A stretch of 61,833 nucleotides of DNA, filler included. It is 6 parts of 6 records of this genome, joined end to end, with 100 filler letters (N's around TTAATTAATTAA, not from the genome) between each part and the next. Parts side by side here need not be neighbours in the genome. Positions count along the whole stretch, not along the records: positions 41,519 to 61,833 come from SRR31156797_24839; 5 more parts are not named here. The stretch is one strand, 5' to 3'. Position 1 is the stretch's first letter. The number at the start of each line of letters is the position of its first letter. Positions 57,188 to 61,833 of this stretch are shown here, piece by piece. The position numbers and the translations under genes are program-made. The notes beneath the pieces are model-generated. The model did not search any database and was not told the DNA's origin. It saw nothing but the letters and a program-made list of their open reading frames with translations.

Positions 57188-58279
57188 ATGACTATGGGCA
57201 GGCGCATTGTCGCGCTGATCTCTGTTCTTCTTCTTTTCGGATGCCTGGAAGATCCCGGGGCAACGGCGGTAAAGCGGCAGGAATTGAATTTCCCGACCAC
57301 GACCGTACAAGAGGTCGAAATGCCGATCCCCTACAGCGTCCCCGGCACCGTGGTGAGCGACGTTCGCATCGATCTGTCATCGCGGGTCGTTGGTTTTATA
57401 AAGAAACTGGACGTCCGCGAGGGCCAACGAGTCGCCAAAAGGGATATCCTGGTCCAGATCGATTCCGCCGAAATCGACGAAGCCATTCGGCAGGCGCAAT
57501 CGGGCCTTGCGTCCGCACGCGACGACTTGGCCGACGCGGAACGTGACGTCGAAAAATACTCAAAATTGTCCAAAGACGGTTGGTCTCCAGCCGAAGTGCT
57601 GCGCAAGGCACGGGTGCGGCGGGATATCGCCCAGAATACTTTGTCGAAAGCCAAGGCAGTTTTGGCTTCCGCTCTGGCTCAGAAGGACTATTCGACTATC
57701 CGCAGTCCGGTGGATGGCGTGGTGCTCGCCCGTCACAAGCAGAGCGGTGAAATGACGACTGTCGGAACACCAATCCTCACGATCGAATCGCGGGAAATGT
57801 TGCTGTTCAAGGCGTTCGTTTCGGAAAGCAAGGTAGGACGGATTACAGCAAACATGCCTGCCGAGATGCATATCGACGCGATACCCGGCGATACGATCCT
57901 GGGGTCCGTTCAACGAATTGTCCCTTCTGGCGATCCGGTAACCCGGCGTTACGAGATAAATGCTGTTCTCCCTAGTCGGGCCGGACTTCTGCCCGGAATG
58001 TTCGGGCGGGTAGAATTTATTCTTGGCAGCGAACCGGTTCTGGCGATTCCCCCGGAAGCTCTGGTGGAACGTGGGGGGCTGACGGGCGTGTTCGTCGTCG
58101 ATAGGAGCGATATCGCCAGTTTTCGTTGGCTGCGGTTCGGGCGGATGTGGGGTGGATTGGTCGAAGTGACTTCCGGATTGTCGTCGGGAGAGACAGTCCT
58201 AATGGGGGCGGACGACACCGTTCGAGACGGTAGTCTTATTGTCACAGAGACCGAGAAAGGCCCCGGCAAGAATGGATGA
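57188..58279 (+). CDS. RND periplasmic adaptor subunit (lipoprotein)
   Basis: Lipobox LFGC, LSSRVVG, IRSPVDGVV, LLPGMFGR. AAGGAG RBS before ATG 57188. Confidence 0.9.
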   Translation: MTMGRRIVALISVLLLFGCLEDPGATAVKRQELNFPTTTVQEVEMPIPYSVPGTVVSDVRIDLSSRVVGFIKKLDVREGQRVAKRDILVQIDSAEIDEAIRQAQSGLASARDDLADAERDVEKYSKLSKDGWSPAEVLRKARVRRDIAQNTLSKAKAVLASALAQKDYSTIRSPVDGVVLARHKQSGEMTTVGTPILTIESREMLLFKAFVSESKVGRITANMPAEMHIDAIPGDTILGSVQRIVPSGDPVTRRYEINAVLPSRAGLLPGMFGRVEFILGSEPVLAIPPEALVERGGLTGVFVVDRSDIASFRWLRFGRMWGGLVEVTSGLSSGETVLMGADDTVRDGSLIVTETEKGPGKNG

Positions 58280-61200
58280 ACCGCGTCTGAACTTCGCCGG
58301 ACGTCTGGCAAGGACTTTCATCGTCTCCAAACTGACCATCGTCTTCATCCTCGGTATCGCCGCGCTTGGCGTTGTCGTGGTAATGCTGACGCCGCGCGAG
58401 GAGAACCCTCAGATTCTGGTGCCTGGCGCCCAGATCTCCGTCACACTCCCCGGGGCCTCGTCAAGCGAGGTCGAGGATCTGGTAATCACGCCGCTCGAAA
58501 GCGTGTTGAACGAGATTCTCGGCGTCGACCACACCTGGGCAGTGGCGCAGACTGGTCTTGGCGTCATCCAGGTCCAATTCAAGGTTGGCGAATCCAAGGA
58601 AGACTCTCTGGTCAAACTTTATGATCGAGTGATGTCCAATCTTGGAAAACTTCCTCCCGATGCAGGAATGCCACAGATCGTATCGGTGGATGTGGACGAC
58701 ATACCCATCGTCACCATCACCCTGGCGTCGCCCGAGTATGACGACTACGGACTGAAACGCTTGGCCGACCGCATGGCGGAGCACCTGTCCAGCATCGAGC
58801 AGGTTTCCGTGGTCTCCTTGTACGGCGGCCATGACCGGGAGATCAGCGTTGAGTTGGACCCCGAAAGGTTGCAAGCTTTCGATGTGTCACTCGACCAAGT
58901 TTCCGCTGCGTTTTCATCAAGCAATCTGTCGGTTCCGCTCAATGCTACGGTCAAGAAGAGAAACGTCGAAGCCATCAAGGTACAGGGTTTCTTCGCATCG
59001 GCTGAGGACGTGCGGAACCAGATTGTCGGCGTGCACGACGGGCGGCCCATCTATGTCGGCGACATCGCCGTGGTCGAGGACGGGCCGCCACCCGAAATCG
59101 AGCGTCTCAGCCGTTTCGCCTTTGGTCCGGCGGCCCCACGCTTCCGCGACCAGGGCGGGACCGAAATACCGGCAGTCACCATTGCTGTCGCGAAAAAGAA
59201 GGGAACCAACGCGACGTTCGTTGCCCAGGACGTACTCGATCGCATCGAGCGCATGACACAGAATTCCGTTCCCAAGAATGTCCATGTCGAAATCACCCGC
59301 AACGACGGCCAGAAGGCCGACGATGCCGTCAACCTGCTGATCGAACATCTCGGGATCTCGGTGCTCTCCGTCTGCCTCGTTCTGATCCTGTTTCTGGGTT
59401 GGAAAGAGGCGCTCATTGTCACGCTGGTGGTGCCGCTGACCCTGTTCGTAACGCTGGGCGCCGACCTGTTCGCGGCGGTGACCCTCAACCGCGTGACCCT
59501 GTTTGCTCTAATTCTCTCCCTCGGTCTCCTGGTAGACGCGGCGATCGTGGTGATCGAGAACATCCACCGGCATTACCAACACGGGGGGAAACGCGACAAG
59601 CAAGCCATCACCGTCGCGGCCACCAACGAAATCGGAAACGCGACGAACATCGCGACTTTCGCCGTCATGGTGGTGTTCATTGCGTTACTGCTGTCGTTAA
59701 CCGGCATGCCGCGCCAATACTTCTTTCCCGTCGCAGTGACGGTTCCGGTGGCCATGGCGGCATCCGTGGTCGTGGCCTATGTAGTGGCGCCCTGGGCGGC
59801 CAACCGGTGGCTCCTCTGCCGGAAGCAGCATAACGGCGACGCTGAGAAGGAGGAAATCCGGCACGGGCTTTTGTATCGCGGCTACAGCCGGATGTTCCGT
59901 CCCTTGCAGGAACGTGCATCGGTGCGCCGCCTGGGGATGGGCTTCATCCTGATCCTGATGATTGGTTCTCTCCTGCAGGGAGCATGGCAGTTCATCCGCC
60001 CATCAGGTGTCGGCGGCCCGCAATCGTTCTTTGGAGTCAACCTCGGTTTTCTGCCGAAGGACAACAAGAACACTTTCAACATCATCATGTTGATGCCGGA
60101 AACCACCCCCGTGGAGGAAACAGATCGGCTCGCCCGAGACATCGGGCGGTTGCTTGCGGACAATCGCTACGTCCTCAACTATCAGACTTGGCTGGGACAG
60201 GCGGGAGTCCCGGACTTCAATGCCCTGCAGCAGGGAACAGCGGGTCAACAGGGCAGCTACCTCGCCGAAATCCGCGTCAATCTGATCGACAAGCACCGGC
60301 GCAGAGCGTCTTCTATCGAAATCGTCCGGGACCTCCGTCCGCAGGTGTACGCGATCCGTGACCACTACCCGGGCGCTAAGGTACGACTGGTCGAAGATCC
60401 GCCGGGGCCGCCGATGCGGGCCACCGTGCTGGCGGAAATCTACGGACCCGACCCGGAGGGGTTGAGAACCCTGTCGACCCAGATCTTTCAGGCATTTGCC
60501 AAGACCTACGATATGGTCGACCTCTCCGATACTGAGCCCGTCGACGTGCGGGAACACCGCATCGTCCCCGACAAGGAGAAGCTCGCCCTGTCCAAGGTCT
60601 CGGTAGCGCAGATAGTCCAGGTCCTTAAACTCGTCTATGGCGGAGACGTGGTCAGCCGGGCGCATCCGGATGATGAGAAGAATCCGGTTGAAATCCGCGC
60701 TTTTGTCCCTCGCCGACATGAGGTCGATCCCGTCCGTCTCGATCGCATTTTCGTCAAGAATACCGACGGCCAGTCGGTCCCCCTGTCCGAGCTCGTAAAG
60801 GTCAGTCCGGCCGAAGCCGACCGCCCGATTCGGCACAAGGACAACGAACGCGTCACCTTCGTGGGAGGAGAACTGGGATCCGCCGTACCGCTCTATGCCG
60901 TATTGGATCTCGATCGTCGGCTCGACGGCATGAAGGCGCCCGACGGGCGCCCCTTGAGTACCGGGAACCTCACCTTCATTCCCCAAGATCCCGATGTCAT
61001 CGACGGTTATCAACTCCTGTGGGACGGCGAGATGCGGCTGACGCTGGATACCTACCGGGACATGATCGTAGCGCTCGGAGCGGCATTGGCGGCAGTGTTC
61101 CTGCTGCTGGTCGCCTATTATCGCTCGTTTCTGCTTTCCATGATCGCCATGTCGGCCGTACCGCTGGGGCTGATCGGGATCTTTCCCGGTCATTGGCTGA

Positions 61201-61553
61201 TGGGAATGGACTTCTCGGCGACGTCCATCGTTGGGATCGTTGCGCTGGCTGGAGTGGCCATCCGCAACTCGCTATTGATCATCGACTTCATACAGGACAA
61301 CCGCGCCCAGGGAATGTCCCTGGATGATGCGGTCAGGGAAGGAGGCGCCGTACGGTTGCGTCCCATCCTCCTGACGACCTTTGCCATCATTCTAGGCTCG
61401 GCGATCATGGTCACCGATCCCGTGTTCGGCGGACTCTCGATTTCCCTGATTTTCGGGACGATCACATCCACTGCGCTGACCATTTTCGTCGTCCCGATCC
61501 TTTACTATTTGGATGCGTGTCGTCGCGAGAAAAATGGCGGTGTCCATGTCTGA
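58272..61553 (+). CDS. RND (AcrB/AcrD/AcrF superfamily) permease
   Basis: TPREENPQI, GLLVDAAIVVIENIHRH, RNSLLIIDF, RLRPILLT, DPVFGGL. Start reset to ATG 58272. Confidence 0.92.
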   Translation: MDEPRLNFAGRLARTFIVSKLTIVFILGIAALGVVVVMLTPREENPQILVPGAQISVTLPGASSSEVEDLVITPLESVLNEILGVDHTWAVAQTGLGVIQVQFKVGESKEDSLVKLYDRVMSNLGKLPPDAGMPQIVSVDVDDIPIVTITLASPEYDDYGLKRLADRMAEHLSSIEQVSVVSLYGGHDREISVELDPERLQAFDVSLDQVSAAFSSSNLSVPLNATVKKRNVEAIKVQGFFASAEDVRNQIVGVHDGRPIYVGDIAVVEDGPPPEIERLSRFAFGPAAPRFRDQGGTEIPAVTIAVAKKKGTNATFVAQDVLDRIERMTQNSVPKNVHVEITRNDGQKADDAVNLLIEHLGISVLSVCLVLILFLGWKEALIVTLVVPLTLFVTLGADLFAAVTLNRVTLFALILSLGLLVDAAIVVIENIHRHYQHGGKRDKQAITVAATNEIGNATNIATFAVMVVFIALLLSLTGMPRQYFFPVAVTVPVAMAASVVVAYVVAPWAANRWLLCRKQHNGDAEKEEIRHGLLYRGYSRMFRPLQERASVRRLGMGFILILMIGSLLQGAWQFIRPSGVGGPQSFFGVNLGFLPKDNKNTFNIIMLMPETTPVEETDRLARDIGRLLADNRYVLNYQTWLGQAGVPDFNALQQGTAGQQGSYLAEIRVNLIDKHRRRASSIEIVRDLRPQVYAIRDHYPGAKVRLVEDPPGPPMRATVLAEIYGPDPEGLRTLSTQIFQAFAKTYDMVDLSDTEPVDVREHRIVPDKEKLALSKVSVAQIVQVLKLVYGGDVVSRAHPDDEKNPVEIRAFVPRRHEVDPVRLDRIFVKNTDGQSVPLSELVKVSPAEADRPIRHKDNERVTFVGGELGSAVPLYAVLDLDRRLDGMKAPDGRPLSTGNLTFIPQDPDVIDGYQLLWDGEMRLTLDTYRDMIVALGAALAAVFLLLVAYYRSFLLSMIAMSAVPLGLIGIFPGHWLMGMDFSATSIVGIVALAGVAIRNSLLIIDFIQDNRAQGMSLDDAVREGGAVRLRPILLTTFAIILGSAIMVTDPVFGGLSISLIFGTITSTALTIFVVPILYYLDACRREKNGGVHV

Positions 61554-61566
61554 TGCCCCCGTGGAC

Positions 61567-61668
61567 TGACCTGACCCCGTTGGGTGGTCCAGCGTTTAAG
61601 TTAGAGTTTGGCGCGGTTGACCGCCCTGCTGGACGGGACGGAACGTAGCGTAGTCCCGGGCGGCAGGG
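61567..61668 (-). mobile_element. Probable right-end remnant of an IS3-family element
   Basis: TGACCTGACCCCGTTGGGTGGTCCAGCGTTTAAGTTAG resembles IS3-type terminal IRs. The minus frame PAARDYATFRPVQQGGQPRQTLT* resembles alphaproteobacterial IS3 transposase tails (from memory). Confidence 0.5.
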
Positions 61669-61833
61669 CGAGACTTTCAACAGTGTGGCCGCCGCGCCCA
61701 GGGCCAAGTCTTCCCGGCCCCTCCGGATTGCCTTCTGCACCAGCGACATGGCGAGCCACGGATTGATGTTGAGCGGCGCGAAGCGCGGACAGTCGCCGTC
61801 GCGTTCCGCGATCGTAGCTTCCGATCGCTGTAT

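Noticed and set aside
1-61833. tRNA, rRNA or CRISPR arrays
   Set aside because: None was recognised by eye in any intergenic region. A covariance-model search was not possible.

Overview
This is not one contiguous locus. It is six contigs joined by five artificial 100-nt linkers (N44-TTAATTAATTAA-N44), so adjacency across linkers means nothing. (1) 1-8584: operon for a TonB-dependent receptor, a Nik/Opp-type ABC importer and two SAM methyltransferases. (2) 8685-16751: an FAD oxidoreductase fused to a GT-C-like membrane protein, a B12 radical SAM enzyme, and convergent yhhQ-mrcB-LpoP-like genes. (3) 16852-26028: two DASS/SLC13 permeases interleaved with two histidine kinases and three receiver proteins under two sigma54 promoters, plus a divergent ArsR with a Cys-rich tail. 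(4) 26129-34068: wecB and a nucleotide-sugar dehydrogenase, a PilB ATPase carrying both an MshEN and a cNMP-binding domain, an ABC-F ATPase and ppdK. (5) 34169-41418: a FecCD-type importer and a partner-switching module (PP2C, Ser kinase, STAS) ending in a hybrid histidine kinase. Contigs 1-5 look Desulfobacterota-like (inference). (6) 41519-61833: visibly higher GC and Alphaproteobacteria-like. It has a decayed helicase, integrase, IS110 and pqiBC region, followed by an intact membrane-integrity cluster (AcrAB-type pump, MlaA/MlaC, MarR, squalene-hopene cyclase, second RND pump, three TetRs) and an IS3-like end. The best candidates for novelty are the dual second-messenger PilB, the partner-switch/hybrid kinase system, the shc-Mla-RND cluster, the oxidoreductase-GT-C fusion and the ArsR with a nested Cys-rich peptide. 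All family calls come from motif recognition by eye, with no database searches.
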